Shown piece by piece: positions 44,987 through 60,609 of a stretch of 64,000 nucleotides of DNA. This DNA comes from Blastocystis sp. Blastoise (Eukaryota > Protista > Bigyra: Opalinata). The position numbers and the translations under genes are program-made. The notes beneath the pieces were generated by a model. It ran no database searches, was not told the origin of the DNA, and saw only the letters and a list, made by a program, of their open reading frames with translations. How positions within the stretch are numbered: the stretch's first letter is position 1; each line of letters opens with the position of its first letter. The stretch covers positions 682,001 to 746,000 of the forward strand of contig JBBPEB010000034.1 in assembly GCA_039096225.1 (NCBI GenBank), given 5' to 3'.

Positions 44987-47097
44987 TTATTCATCTACTG
45001 TTAGGAAGAATGATTCATTTCCTTGTTTATTTTTATTTATTAAGTCTTGAATAAATGAAAATTGCGATGTGGAAAGATATAATGGATACGCAAATTGAAT
45101 AGAGTCTCTATATATAGTAGATATATTAATATATATTTAATAGAAATAATATATATATAAATAATATAAATTACTGTTCATAGGCTGTTATAGATGCTTT
45201 TATGCCTTTTTTCTATATAATAAGAATTATAATAATAATAATATAAAATATATATAATATAATAAGAGTATAATAATAAATAAAGATGAAATATAAATAT
45301 ACAAGAGTTTTTCCTGATTCATATATATATATTTCATAGTTTTGAACAGAGAATAATATTTTATTTGAATTATCAATAACTCCAAATAGTGAGTATTTAT
45401 AGAGAAGGAATTGATATCTCATTCTATATATATATATATTAATATATACATTATTATGTGTATTAATTATGAATACTAGAAGGAATAAAATATATATATA
45501 TATATATACTTTTGTTTGCCTAGAAAGAGAATAGTACTCATAAAACGCCGAAGGAATGATATAGGCTGAAATAATACTATATATTCATATATAAATATAG
45601 AAAGAAAGTATATATGGAATAAACTATTGTATACAGTGATTGGTATCATCTGTTAGTTCTATTTGATCTTGAAATAATTCGGTATATTTTAGAATTAGTT
45701 GCTCTTAATAGATAATATATATATAATAATAAATAAATAGTTGATAACATATACTATTTGTAGTGGTTTGTTTATATTGTATACCAATTATCTCATCATG
45801 ATGATCTTCATAATGCATGCTAAGTATATATTCAGGAATAAGATCAATCTCACTGGCTCTATTGGAGGAGAAAAAAGAAATACAGGAGATATTCTCTGGA
45901 CTATATATATAATGATAATAATAATATATGTATATATAATGCAAGAGATAAATTAGAGAAACATGTAATATACTATGGATAGAGGATGATATTTGATGTG
46001 TTAATAAGAGAAGAAGAGACAAGAAGAGAGGAAGAAGTTAAATAGAGTGTATCTACTTCTCGTTTATAGATATCTTTATTCTATAAGAATGATCATATAT
46101 ATATATATATATATATATATGAATAGAATAATATACGTAATGATTATGAAGTGAGGGAGCATGTTCACAGAAGAAATCATCCAGAGAAAGAGAAGGAGAA
46201 GAGAGAGACTCATAATGACAACGATGAATAGATGAAGGAGATATATGACTAATACATATAGGTTTAATATCATTATTCTTTATGGATAAACTAGTCGAAA
46301 TAGAAATACTAGAAGAAGATTGAAGAGTAGAATAAAGATGTCTACATATTTCATTCTATAGAGTAAGTATATTAAGTAGAGTATTTATTATATACTTAGA
46401 AAAGATATTCAATGATGAATAATATACTTAAAGAGAGTACTTATGATATGATTATGATTATAGTATATATACTCCTAAATCTACAGGACTATCATAAATA
46501 AACTCAACTGTACACGGATTTAATGGAATTGATACACTTTGATATCCATTCTATATACATTACATATATATATACAAAGAAAAAATAATAGAGATTTGAA
46601 GGAGATATATCACAATAGATCAATATACATATATATACATATATATCTCAAATAAATAATATATATATACTTGATAATCATAGGACATTTTATTGAGAAT
46701 AGGTCTACCATATATAGGAATAGAAATCACATTTGATTGAAGATGATCTTGAGGGAGTGAGAATCGAAGTTGAAATATAGTCGATGTGACAGAGTGTTCG
46801 CTGTGGATTTTCACGGGAAATGGAGCTGTTTTGAAGAAACTAAACATGATTAATAATATATTTAATACATAGAAATACAGTATGCATGTTGATATATTGA
46901 GATAATACTCAATAAAATAATTCTCATTAATATCCTATATATATATGTTTATCAAAGGATTTATTAAATATATATATACATGAAATGATGAAGGCTCATG
47001 TGTGATTGATATATTATTATTATTATACTTATTATACTCATTATTATTCTTACGATATATATGCATATAAAGACTTGATTGTTCTAAATTGAAATAA

Positions 47098-47148
<51 letters not shown>

Positions 47149-47617
47149 AATATATATATAATATGAATACCGATTGTCCACATGGATTTATATATATCAA
47201 TAGGTTCATCTAAGGGGATCTATGAATATATATATATATAACAATATAAAGAATAAAAATATATCAAATATTATATATTTACCTACTTCTATCGTTTGAA
47301 TAAGAGTATTATGTATATTTAAAACAATAGTAGATCCTAAAAATTCCCAATTAATATCATTTGAAGTGACCGTTGAAGGAAGGTTATAAAGTATATCAAA
47401 ATAATGTGCCTATCATAGAAATATAAATAATAATCGATAATCAATACTGATTTAGAAATAGAATATCCTCCTGAAATCTTTTCCTTTGACTTGAAACACT
47501 AGATAATAACACAATGTATAAATTATTAACATTTTACTAATTTACGGAAATGGAAACAGGTAATGAAGAAATCATAGGTTTACTCTTTTCTACATTATCT
47601 TCACCTTCATTTGACAT
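44987..47617 (-). CDS. Multi-exon hypothetical protein
   Basis: ATG at 47617 (MSNEGEDNVEK), many GT-AG introns, last exon DSIQFAYPLYLSTSQFSFIQDLINK..TVDE-stop. No family recognised. Confidence 0.55.
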
Positions 47618-48738
47618 TGTTTTTTCAATATTTCTAAGAAATAAAATAATACACTTTATGGAAATGGCTATTATATTGAGAATTAAACATATATATATAT
47701 TTAATACATCTTGTCTGTATTTATAGAGTTGTTCATTTCTTTGCAGGACACTTTATGTTTTTTCCAATCATTTATTTGACATTCTCTTGAGCAATAATAG
47801 ACCTTTTTGCATTTAGAACATTTTAAAGAAGCTTGTTGACCACAATTATTGCATATCGGCATTTTATTAATACAAAATTTGAAAAAAAATTATTTGCGTT
47901 TTCTTTTTTAAATATATGTAAAAATGGTATGATGATTTCTATTCATTTGTTAGACTACATAGTATGTAAACTAAATTCTAAAATCAAATTTAAAATAATT
48001 ATTGAATTATCGATTACAAGACGTTTTTATTAATGAAAAAGAACATTATAAATACATAAAACTGTTAATAATTGATACAAAACAAGTATAGAAGAAAAGG
48101 AATACTGATATATTTGCAATTATAGAGAAATCCAAAAAGACCACTTGATAGATATAAAAAATGTTAAACCAATTATTTCGAAAAATAATATCAGAATATG
48201 CAACAAAAGAAAAAAAAAAGTAAAAAAGTAAAATCGAAAAGGAAGAATAAATAAACAAACAACAACAAAAAAGAACAGAAAGAAATATAAGAATATACAA
48301 AAAAAAATATATATATATAAATGAAGAAATTGCTTATAATAAAATAAACAATTATATATATATAAATATTTATGTATAATAAATAAATAAAGAATGATTA
48401 TAATAAAAAAGCAAAGAAGAATAGTAAAAGCAAGTAATATTTATATTTATATTAAAAAAATAAAACATATGTTAAAGAAATATACTTAATATATATATAA
48501 GAAAGTGTTTATAGTATATAGAACATGAAAGATGAATGTGAATAATGAAAAGACAATGTAATAATGAGAAACAGATTATCATAAATACGATAAGTCACTG
48601 CAAAACAGGAGTAAAGCAACAATAAGAAAAGAATACATGACATAAACAGTAATACACAAAACAGTATATATACATATATAGATATAAAAACATATATATC
48701 TATATAGAATAGGATAGAAGAGTAAAAAGTTATTCGTA

Positions 48739-51071
48739 TTACATAGAAAATAGTTTTGTAGAAGACCATACTTTTTGTAACTGTATAGGATGTTCATCGG
48801 GATTTATAACTTCGATTCCTTTTTCATAGCGAGGAATTGTAACTGACCAATCATGTTTCTCATTAAATTCAACAATAATCTGTAAATAATCACCATCTAT
48901 ATTAATTTTATCTAAACTAAAAACTAAATTATTAAAATCTGCACATAGACGTTTTAATAATAAAGCTAATAACGGTATTTTTTCTAAATATGTTTCTGTA
49001 CCATTCTTTTTGATTCTTAACCATGCACGACTTTTTTCTTTACTTGAATCTAATTTCTGTTGAGCTTCTTCAGCAAATGATAACATTTGACGAAGTTTAC
49101 GTCTACATATTTAGTTTATTAATTATAGTTTTATTATAATAGTATATATATAATATAATCAAATACAATAATAGAATATACTATAATATATAATATATAT
49201 AAATACTGATCGATTTGTCCGATATTCTTCCAACTCATCGTAGGGTCACTCACCCACTCTTCAGTGAAAGTGACATTGTAATTACGTCGAAGGGAATTAT
49301 CAATAAGAGCAACTACTGTAGCTACACCTCTCTGATCACGATGAGAAGAAGTATTCGTAAATGTTACCGATAAGGATGTAGGAGCTATAGCATTCTTTTC
49401 TCGTTCACAGAAGAAGGAAGAGGATTCGATGGAGAATAATATATTAGGATAATACTTTAATATAGTATAAAAGGCAGGAATAGGCTTATAATCTTGAATA
49501 GAATTCTCTATATAAATAAAATAAATAAAATAAATAAAATAAATAAAATAAATAAAATAAATAAAATAAAAATAAAATAAAAAAATAAAAAAATAAAATA
49601 AAAAAATAAAATAAAAAAATAAAATAAATAAATAAAATAAAATAAAAAAATAAATAAAATAAAAATACCATCAAACCTTGTTTCTTGGAAGAGCCATGTG
49701 ATCTTTGCGTTAATAGCATGCTTATTAAAGGATTCCACCAATCGTAAAAGGACATCACACTTTGCAGCACGTGTTTGCATATTATCAGCAGCAAATAAAA
49801 TATCATTTTTGTACATATAATTAAAGAATTCTAAAGAATAATTATTAAAAAATAATGATTTATTATAATTCTTTTAAATATAGTTTATAATTAGAATAAA
49901 TATAAATATAATAACTAAAGGATATTTCTTGCTCAAGTTGTTGTGAATTCATTTTTTGATAATTATCAAAAAGATAACGAAGTTTTTCAGTTAATAATTG
50001 AGGATTGCGATTACTTTGAGTAGAAGAAGGAGGATAGACCGGAGTAGGAGACGATGGAACAATTAAACTATCATTTAATGCAGTCAACCAATCTATACCT
50101 TGATCTATATATATAATATAATATAATATAATATAATAAATAAAACAATTAAAAGACAAATAAAACTATATAAATATATATAAAATAATAACTTATATAC
50201 TTTGCGGTCCCATATGACTCGGTGTTTGCCATATATTACAGTTTTGAGGCCAAGGATCTGAAGGAACAATAATAGGATAACTATCAGAATTAGGGTTATA
50301 TAATCGTCCTTGCATGGAATCTTCTGTTTTAATAGGTTGCATAGATAAATCTAATGTGGTCATAGATGTTAAAGACGAAGTTCTAGGCATTAATCCAAGT
50401 GGAGTAGAAGTTAAGGGACTTAAAGGAATAGATTTCATCGGATTATTCATACTCATCTGAGACATCTGATTCATTGAATAATAAGATTGCTCTTGTTTTG
50501 GAGCAGGAAGGCCCATATTCGATACTTGTGGCGGTGGTTGCTCTAAATTCTCTAATCGCTTACGTTTATTCTCTCGAACTTTATATACTTTACAATGAAC
50601 ATGTGGCGGAGGTCTTCTACAATCACAAACACAACAACAGAATCCTAGACATCGAGGACATCTAAAATTAGTATCGTTAATATCGACAACCATATCAAAC
50701 TTTCTTTGTAATTGTTGAAGGCAGAAAATTTTACTACAATTTACACATTGAATTCTACCCATTCTTTGACCACAAACAGCTTTACCACATAAGTGACATG
50801 TAGGTAATGCAGTAGAATCTTCTTTTAGTTGCATAGAACTTACATCATGAAAACGTTCATTAGATAATAATGGAGTCATTAATTTAGGCATAAATTTACC
50901 ATCATTCATATGAGTAGTAGCCACTACATAATCTTCATTGAAAGATCTTTTTCTAGTATTCACAGGAACCAAGGCTTCCTTCTTCTTCAACTCTTGAGCA
51001 CGATCATCTTTTTCATATTTCATTTTATCAGAGTAACTTTTATCATTCATGTACAGATTTGACGAAGACAT
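48739..51071 (-). CDS. Nuclear protein with a zf-4CXXC_R1 (CDCA7/JMJD1-type) zinc finger, multi-exon
   Basis: TCHLCG...IQCVNCSKIFCLQQL...FRCPRCLGFCCCVCDCRR. Downstream exons are joined by GT-AG introns up to the TAA at 48739. Confidence 0.7.
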
Positions 51072-52976
51072 TTTCGTTGAAAATCTTTATCTATTAGTAA
51101 GGAATTCGAATATATCGAGAGGAATCAAGAATAACACTCTTAGTACAGAATACTTCAAATGAACTGAGCGTTTATTATTTAAAAAAGTATTCTTGTTCAA
51201 AGGGGAAAAACGAGAAATTGGAAAGAGTCTGTCATCTTACCACAAAGTATTCAGTCACGATTATTTTGGATAATCTCCGAAATAAAAAGAAAATAATTAC
51301 AAATATCGGTATAAAACCTGTTTTCCCCTTTTTTGGTGTCGTGTTCGCGGTAAATCTTGATTTTCATAGGAAATTATGTATTTATTTATGAGGATTTCAT
51401 TTGTTAATATGCTGATAGTTCTTACATTATTCTTTTTCTTTTTATTGGAGATCCAAATAAAAAAGTAGATAATAACCATTAGAATAGTGTCTTTTCTTAA
51501 TTACCTTTAAGCCGCTCTTTTTTTATTCAGATTTTTAAAAAATTCTTTAAGCATTATCTCCGTATTTCTTAATTATCTGATCTAGCTTAAACTCTCTTTG
51601 AATTCTGTTCATAAGATATATTCAAGAAACACTCGTATCATTTTCTTTTTTCGATTTAGCTGTATCTGGGCTATTTCTCTTTTCTAGCTCAAAAACTGAA
51701 TAAGTGATACTCTGTTAGCAATATACTAAGATGGATATCAAATTTTAATTCTTAATTACTTTTTATTTAATGTTGTAGAAATAATGGCTCACTATACTTG
51801 CACATAAATGTGTTTTTGAGAATGCACTTATATAATTCATATTATATAATGTTGATAAACATTTATTTTGTTTCACAAACTATTTTTTATGGAAAAAAAG
51901 TGAAATATAGTTTCAATTACATATAAAATCTTTAAATGATGATAACAAGTTTTCTGTCAAATATATAAGACATGATTCCACGTAGAGTTACATAGAAATA
52001 GTTGACTTTTAGGATGCATTCACACTTAATCTGTTGTTTTCTTTCGTTATTTTTATGATATTCTTCTTATATCATCATTTACATATAATGACAGACTCTT
52101 TTGACATTTTCTCTAAATAGATATCTATTTTATAATTGAAGCTAAAACACAAGAATGAGTTTCTCTTTTCTTCTCGATTTGGTTTTTTTTATTCAACATC
52201 TTTCATGACTTCGTCTGATGATATCTTCAAACAACAAATTTATTTATATTACAAGAGCACATAAATATCATAAGAAACTATTGAATAGTATGAATAACAC
52301 ATTAGTCATTAGATAAATTTACTATGATATATTCTTGTCAGCATACTTTTAAGGCATCTAATGACTCTCTTAACTTTATAAAGGTATATATAATATTGGC
52401 TAATACAATAATATCCTATTTTAAGATAAATGAATTATTTATTTCACAAGAGTCTAAGGACTATTTATGGTTGATTAGTTGAATAAATCTGATGTTGATT
52501 AGTTTCTAAAAATTATATATCATGATATGAACGATTATTATGGTTTGAAAGTATTCTCTTTTAGTATTTAAAATAATTTGTATTTAATAAATACGTAACA
52601 AATAATGAAGCAAATATAGATACAGGATACACAATGAATCATGAAAAAAATATTATTTTAAATAAGAAAAAAAGAACCAAAAGTAAAAAGAAACACTAAT
52701 AAAAGGGAAAAAAATAAAAAAAAATGAATTTGTAAAAAGAGGGTATAAATAAAAGAAAAACAATACATAAAGGACAATATGTATGTATAATAATAATAAA
52801 TCAAAATGATTAAAAGAATTATATATAAATAAAATATAGATATCAATAATAAAAAAACATATCAATAGGATTATTAAAAGTTAAAGTAAAAAAATAAAGA
52901 TACATAAACAAAAAGTGTATAGTTTTATAGAGGGAAATAAAACTACATCGGATTTGACGCATGATAATCACGTGAT

Positions 52977-55900
52977 TTAAGGGATTAGAAGAGGGTCTGA
53001 AGTCATTCGTTTCATAAGAATACTCTTTTGACTGGAGTTATTACTATCATATAAGTATTGATGACGATGCATATTTCTTGAAACTCGACTCTTTCGAAAG
53101 AAAGTAGCATCTGTTAATATCTGTTCTCTCTTAATCTCATTCCTAGATATTATAGAATAAAAATATTTATAATAATTTATTAAATATATAGATTTATATA
53201 CAACATGGGCATTTTGACTTCTTGGTGACTTGATCTATATTATAATAAAGGTAAGTGAAATGTTTTATATAATAATAATAATAATTCGGTAAATAATAAT
53301 AAATATAAACATTACTTGATAATTTGTTTGAGTTTATTTCTGAATATAAAGCATAATATTCCAAGTAGACTAAGTAATATAAGGATTGTGTATAGACCAA
53401 GATGAAGATAATAACGGGTATAAATATCTGAAGGTAATTGAAGCAGAACAGGATCTGAAGGCATAGAAACAGAAATTCCTGTGGGGAAATTATCAGGAGG
53501 AGATATATATAAAGCATCATTTAATGTGTCTGTTAAGAGAAATACACGTGAATACATTTGATTGGCTTCTGCATTAGGAACAACCAATCGTATCCAAACA
53601 CATACTTTTGCAAGTGTCTATAGGATAATAATAATATAATAGAATCAATTGAATACATAGAATATAATATAATAATAATAGAATTAAAAAAAAATGAATA
53701 TTTATGAACTTAAAATAATTAATAATAATAGTGAATAATATGTATACCGTAGAAGAGCAGTCTTTTCCTTTATATACCATCAGTTGATCTCTATTGATAA
53801 TAAGTATATCTTGAATAGAGGTCAGAAGATGAGTACGAATAGTTTGTGTATAGAGAATGTAAGTACTATTGGAGATGGAAAGGAAGAAATCAATATATAC
53901 ATAAAACATGGGCGGGCTCATAGATACTATTTTATACATGTTTATTATATATAGAATTATTATTAAATAACGATATAAGTTTAGTAATTAAATATAAAAA
54001 AAAAATATTATAATAAAACATATAATAAATATAAATATAATAAAAATACAATAAACAAAGATATATAAATATAATAAATATAAATAGTATAATACATACA
54101 ACATTCTTGTTTATCGATATCTCCCCAAACTCCTGTATCATTTAATGTACTACAAGCGCGGTACATGGCGCCAACATAACCCTCAGAACAGGAGATAGAG
54201 GCAGTTTGTCCCGCGGGAGTGGTCGGCCATTTATCGGTAGCTGTGCAAAATGTTTGATGACATGTGAGAAAGGCAATGGATTGAAGGGAAAACGTATATT
54301 GGGAAGGATCTAAAGAATTGTCTGTAAGAGAAGACTCGGTGGGGGAGGGAATCAAAGAAAAATCATACTCTGAATATAGGGGAGATTCAAATAAAATATT
54401 TATTAAAAAAAGAAATTAAAAAAAAAAACATGTATATATATATAATATATATAATATATATATACCTAGAATAGAGATTCTGTAGATATTGAAAGGTGTT
54501 TTAATATCTTTGAGCCAGAATGCATATTCATATTTTCCTTTTTCAAATAGATTAGATTCATCTTGCTCAAGTAATACAGTCCATATTTCATCATCTTCTT
54601 GCACTTTGGCATCAATACGGAAATGTTTAATAAAAACAAGTGGCTCATTGATAGGTAAGATGAAAATAACTTTATTAATAACTGCAAACATGCCTTCAGG
54701 ATATTTATAGGTGATGTAGAGAGGAAGAAGTCCTTTATAAGTATATATAGATCCAGGGATCATAGAGAAGAGAGATTGCAGATCTTTATTCTAATAGGAG
54801 AAGAGAGAGATAGAGAGATAGAGAGAACAACGAGTAAATGTAATTATAATACATAGAATAATAAGAATCATATATATATATAACTAAAATAGAATATAAT
54901 GAATAATAATAAATATAATATACATAATAAACATATAATAAACATAATAAATACATTATTAATTTCAGTTCCAGTTCCCCCGCGGGACCAGAGGAGGCAT
55001 TTTGTTTCTAGAGGTGTGAGAGAGAGATCAAAGAAGATAGTTGAAGAGGTCTGAATAGAAGAAGAAGAAGCAGATGATGAAGAGGAGGATGAGGATGAAG
55101 AAGAAGAAGAAGAGGTCTGAATAGAAGAAGAAGAAGATAGAGGAGTAGAATAAGAAGAAGAAGATAGAGGAATGGCAGGAAATAGAGGAAGAAATAAAGA
55201 GGATCCTGTACGATGAATCTCTATAGCCACGCGGTTAAGTCCCGAAATAAGATATGTATAAGGAATAAGGATACTAGAGAAGGGAGGAATGATATTATAT
55301 ATATATATATATATATATTTATATAAAAAATAGAATATATTTATATAAAAAATAGAATATATTGATATAAAAATAGAATATATTGATATAAAATATGAAA
55401 AATATTTACAACAAATATAAAATACTATATATATAAATAACTATATATATATACCTCTTATAGCTTGTATCTGATTGCATTTGAGTAGCTAGTGTGTCAT
55501 AACTAATAACTCCTTGAGGTAAATAATGTCGATTCACTTCTTTTCCATTTATATATAATACATATCCATATTCTAAAGAAATCTCACAATGTAAACCTAC
55601 TAATAATCGTGGATCCGAAATCTCAAAACTATTGAGGAAATATACAGTTGTTCCTTCAAAATTCCCACGGGGATAATAAGGAGATAATGTCCAGTTTGTA
55701 TAATTATATAAAGGATCAATCCATTCTTTAGAAGGTTCTTTCTGTTGATTATATAAATAAAATGATGAATATTTCATGATAGCAAAAGTAATATGAAAAT
55801 ATTGAATAAGAGAAGCTGATAATTGAGATAAATGATAATACCCATAAGGTATACCGTCCATTTTAACTTCTAAGTAATTAAAAACAGTAGAAGAAGGACT

Positions 55901-56790
55901 ATCTGTATGTAATGTTAACTTATAATTCCCGCGGGGGAGACATATGGTTGTAGTCCAGTTAAATGCTTTGATATATTCATAGGATAGCAGGAGTGTGTCA
56001 TTCAACGTATCAAATAGAGATAAAGAATCAGCATATGAGACATAAGGACGAGAGAAATAAAGTGAAATCTCATTGTTAGAACATGTGTCTAGATAGAAAG
56101 TTATATAAAGAAAATATGGATACTGAAGAAAATAAATAAATAAACAGTTATTCAATATATATATAACTATATATATATACTATTCACATGAAAACAGATT
56201 TCGTGAGATACTACGGTATGATTATTAGAGAAAATGAATGAAAATCGATATTCCCCTGGGAATTTGAATGATCCTGAGATCGTATAGGGAAGTGAGGAGA
56301 GAGAGACTGAACCGGGAAGAGAGGGATATATCGTGGGGGCATAATGAGGCGAAGAAACTTGTATTTGAAGGGTAGGGATTGGAATGTTGACGGAGAGGGA
56401 TATATTCATATATGTACTTGTTACAATTAATGGTAAAATATCCTCTATATATATATATATTTATTATTAGTTACTCTTGAATGTATATATATTTATATAC
56501 TTGTATTAATAGGAATAATATCCTGTTCACCTGGTTTCATATTACTATATGTATATATAAGTTTATTTGTATCAGTAACTCTCATTTCACAAGAAATAGT
56601 ACTTCTATATATAGAATAGAATAGACGATAATATATATATATGTATATATATACATATTAAGACATGTAAATAGAATTGTATAATTATCTGGTTCAACAC
56701 AAAAATAACTTGATTTCTCCTTAGAAGTCGTGTTTCCCACTATTTCCTTATTACTACTATATATATAGAGGAAAATAATAGAAATACATG

Positions 56791-56823
<33 letters not shown>

Positions 56824-56843
56824 TAATAATGATAATAATAATG

Positions 56844-56879
<36 letters not shown>

Positions 56880-59178
56880 TTCAGAATAATAATAATATAT
56901 ATATACTTCATAAGAAGAGCCGTTGAATTACTGTTACTATCAAAAGAGAGGAGAATGTACGGTCCATATGAACAACCTGTAACGGTCAGAGGCATCGTCA
57001 TACTGACGAGTCCTCCGTCATTAATAGCAGTTATATTAACACTATATATATATAAAATAGTAAAATATATTTTTATGTATCCTGATCTTATATATATATA
57101 TACGTAGTAGTCGCTGTAGTGGTCGATGATCCCTCAATTCGTGATAACCAGTAATTTGTACGTATTCCCGCGGGGAGATCTCCATCGATTATCCAGAATC
57201 TGACAGTATTTTCAGCCGAGAAAGAATAATATGTATATTGATACTTTGAGAAATGAAGAGAAGTGACTATATTACCATTCTCATCGGTTATAGAGATATT
57301 TCGAGGAGGATTAATATCTATATATATATATATATAATTATAATTATTAATATATAAATAATAATATAAATACAGATAACACTTATGTATATATAAGTAG
57401 ATGTGATTTTATTTCCATAAGAGAGAGTAATAGTATATTCCTGATTAGGTGATGTTTCTAAGGGTGTACCACTGATTATTCCCGCGGTAAATGTAAGCCC
57501 TAAAGGGAGATTTGGAGAAACAGAGAATATTCCCGCGGTAATATTGGCCAGAATAGGTTTGTTAGGTGTGATTGTTGATAGTAAATAATAGACAGAAATA
57601 GTATATCTATACGAGAGAGGAGACAAGGGAGAATGATAAAGAAGAGGAGCTATAGAAAGAGGGGTTGTGGCGGGGAGTTTATTGGCGGGAAGAGCACTGG
57701 AGGGAAGAGCATTGGAGGGAAGAGCACTGGTTGGCGGGATATAGAGAATGATGAGGGATGAAGAGGAGAAACCAACAGAAAAGAGAAGAGATATATGGTG
57801 ATATCCTATATATAATATATAAAGTATATATAGAGAATATATAAAATGTATTTGAAGAATAAATAGAATATATTTGGAAAATAAATAATATATATATACC
57901 TATAGTATCAAATGTAATAGTAATATTATTTTGTTGGACTTCTTTGAAGCACCCCCAGTTAATATATGCAGGTTGATGATCTATAAAGACTTTCAGACCA
58001 TCACGATGCTATATATATAATTAATATATAATTAATATATATATATAATTAATATATATATATAATGAATATAATTAATACATACAGAAATAATGAATTG
58101 ATAAGAACCATTTGTATCAATATATAAATAACCGCGGTAATTAGTTGTAAATGTAGACGTAAAAATTGGGGGTAGTCCATCCCAAACTGTATTACTATAT
58201 ATTATATACATAATATAAATAAAAAATATATGTACAGAAAAAATAACTATAACGAATAGTATAACTATATATATATATATACAAAGCGGGTTCATGATAA
58301 ATATCTTCTTCGATTCGTTGTATTTTGAGGTATAAGTCTCTGTAGGGTAGGAAGGAAAGGTTGCATAGATCCCATTCATTCCTCATTAATTTGAAGAATT
58401 GAGAGGATAGACCAGGGAGAAGAGACTCTATAAGTAGGATAAATAATAATAGACAAGAATATATATTATACATATCTGTATCTATATATATGTATGTATG
58501 TATATATATATACCCATAACGACAAAAGTAACAGTACAATTTGTGGACCCAGTTTGACCGTAAGCAGTGATAGTCACAGAATGGTAAGGCTCCTATATAG
58601 TATATATATATATATATAATATATAATATATAATATATAATATATAATATATAATATATAATATACAGGTGTTGTTGGAGTACCTTGAAGAATACCAGTG
58701 ACAGGATGTAGTTCGATTCCCGCGGGGAGATCTCCATCTACTTTATAGAAGAATACTAGTCCTGCAATAAGTAAAGGATGTATAGAAATAGAGGCATTAA
58801 CCGCGGTTATTATGGATGGATACTCCAAAAAGGAAGGCGATGATCCACCTATTATGATGATTATTATTGTTATTATTATAAACAGAATAAACAGAATAAA
58901 CAGAATAAACATAATAATAATATACAAATAAAGACATTATTTTTGTTGATGAATTGAGGGTTTGAGGTGCCGTTAGAAAAGGAGAGGGATAAGAAGGGGA
59001 CATGATCCGATAAATAAGAGAAGAAGAGTTTGAATGTATGATAACCTATAGTATAGTTTTATTAATAATAAATAGAATAATAAATAGAATAATAAATATA
59101 ATAAATGTAATAAATGTAATAATAAATAGAATAATAATAAATACCCGATAATAAGTTAATTGTAATATCTATAACATT

Positions 59179-59210
<32 letters not shown>

Positions 59211-60609
59211 GTGTATATACAAGGTATTGATTTTGTTGTCTCTGATGTTCTTCTTGAATATCTATATAACCAACGCTTGTTTCATCTATATAGAGTTGTG
59301 CACTTTCAGAAGAATTGAGATAGAAATGATATAAAGAGGACGAGGAGACATAAAATAAACCCTCATATCGTACGGAGAACGAAGGGAGAGCACTATAAAT
59401 ATATAATTAATAAATAATAACAAGAATATAATTATATAATATGATAATCATTATGAATATGATCATGATCTATTAAAGATTAAAAACAATAATATACTTG
59501 TAATAATAATAATTCTATACTATACTAATAATAATAATATAATATATATATTTATATATATCTACCTGTCATCGAGTCCATCCCAAGAATGTTGTGCAGA
59601 TGAAGAATTATATATATCTATAAAATTGAGATCATTCTCAATAGGAGTGCATTTCGATGCTTTTTGATTCTCGAGCCATGATTGGCTGGGGATCATGCCA
59701 ACGGGAATGGTATTCTGGTAGAAACATGCAGAATAACCAGGAGCTTGTAGTTCAGTTACATCTATATATATAATAGTATATCGAAATAACTATAAATCCA
59801 AAGAAACTCTAATTAGAATATATTTATATATATATAATTCATTTAATTCCTATAAATATATATAAATATGTATAATATACTTGTATATTTAATAGTAAGA
59901 GAACATTGGATATTTCCATAATCATTCTCACCTGTAATAGTATAACTAACTGTACTAACAAGAGGCGTTTTGAGAATACCATATATATATCCAGTTGTAC
60001 TATTTAATAGAAGACCAGAAGGAAGAGAAGGAGAAATAGTATATGTATTGAGAAGAACATCGGATCGACAATATAACTGATTTACAGGAATATCATTATA
60101 TATTAATGTATGTATAAAACCAGTTGTGAAGGAGGTAGGCTTTGCATAAACTAAATATGTGTTATGATATATATATCTTGAATAATAGCAAGTATAAATA
60201 AAAATTATATGTAGTATTTTGTGAAATAAAATATAAGTTAAATTATATTGAATAATACAACATAAAATCAAAACCTAATTAGAATAAAAATAAACATACT
60301 TCCAATCATTATATTCACAGAATAATGAAAATCAGTAACATAGAAATAAGAAAGGGGTAAACCTCTTGTTGGAGTTCCTGACAGGGTGTTATTAACAAAT
60401 ATCAAACCACCAGGAAGAGTTGGAAATATAAATAATGTTTTATCACTATGACAGCATAGACTATTCATTGATTTATTAATTTTGAGAAATATCAAAGTGG
60501 AATCACATGAGAAATTTGCCATTGATATTTCAAATACTATAAAAGCAATAGAAATGAAAATTCACAACTGCTTACATGAGAATAACAACAAGAATAATAA
60601 GAGTATCAT
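52977..60609 (-). CDS. Multi-exon type-I membrane protein: putative Ig repeats, PA14-like and galactose-binding-like domains, Cys repeat, TM helix
   Basis: Signal peptide MILLFLLLFS. Ig repeats ISPSLPSGLLLNSTTGYIYG, GDLPAGIELHPVTGILQGTPT and VSPNLPLGLTFTAGIISGTP. PA14-like FSVRYEG and YRGYLYIDTNGSYQF. TM helix LGLYTILILLSLLGILCFIF followed by basic residues. Confidence 0.75.
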
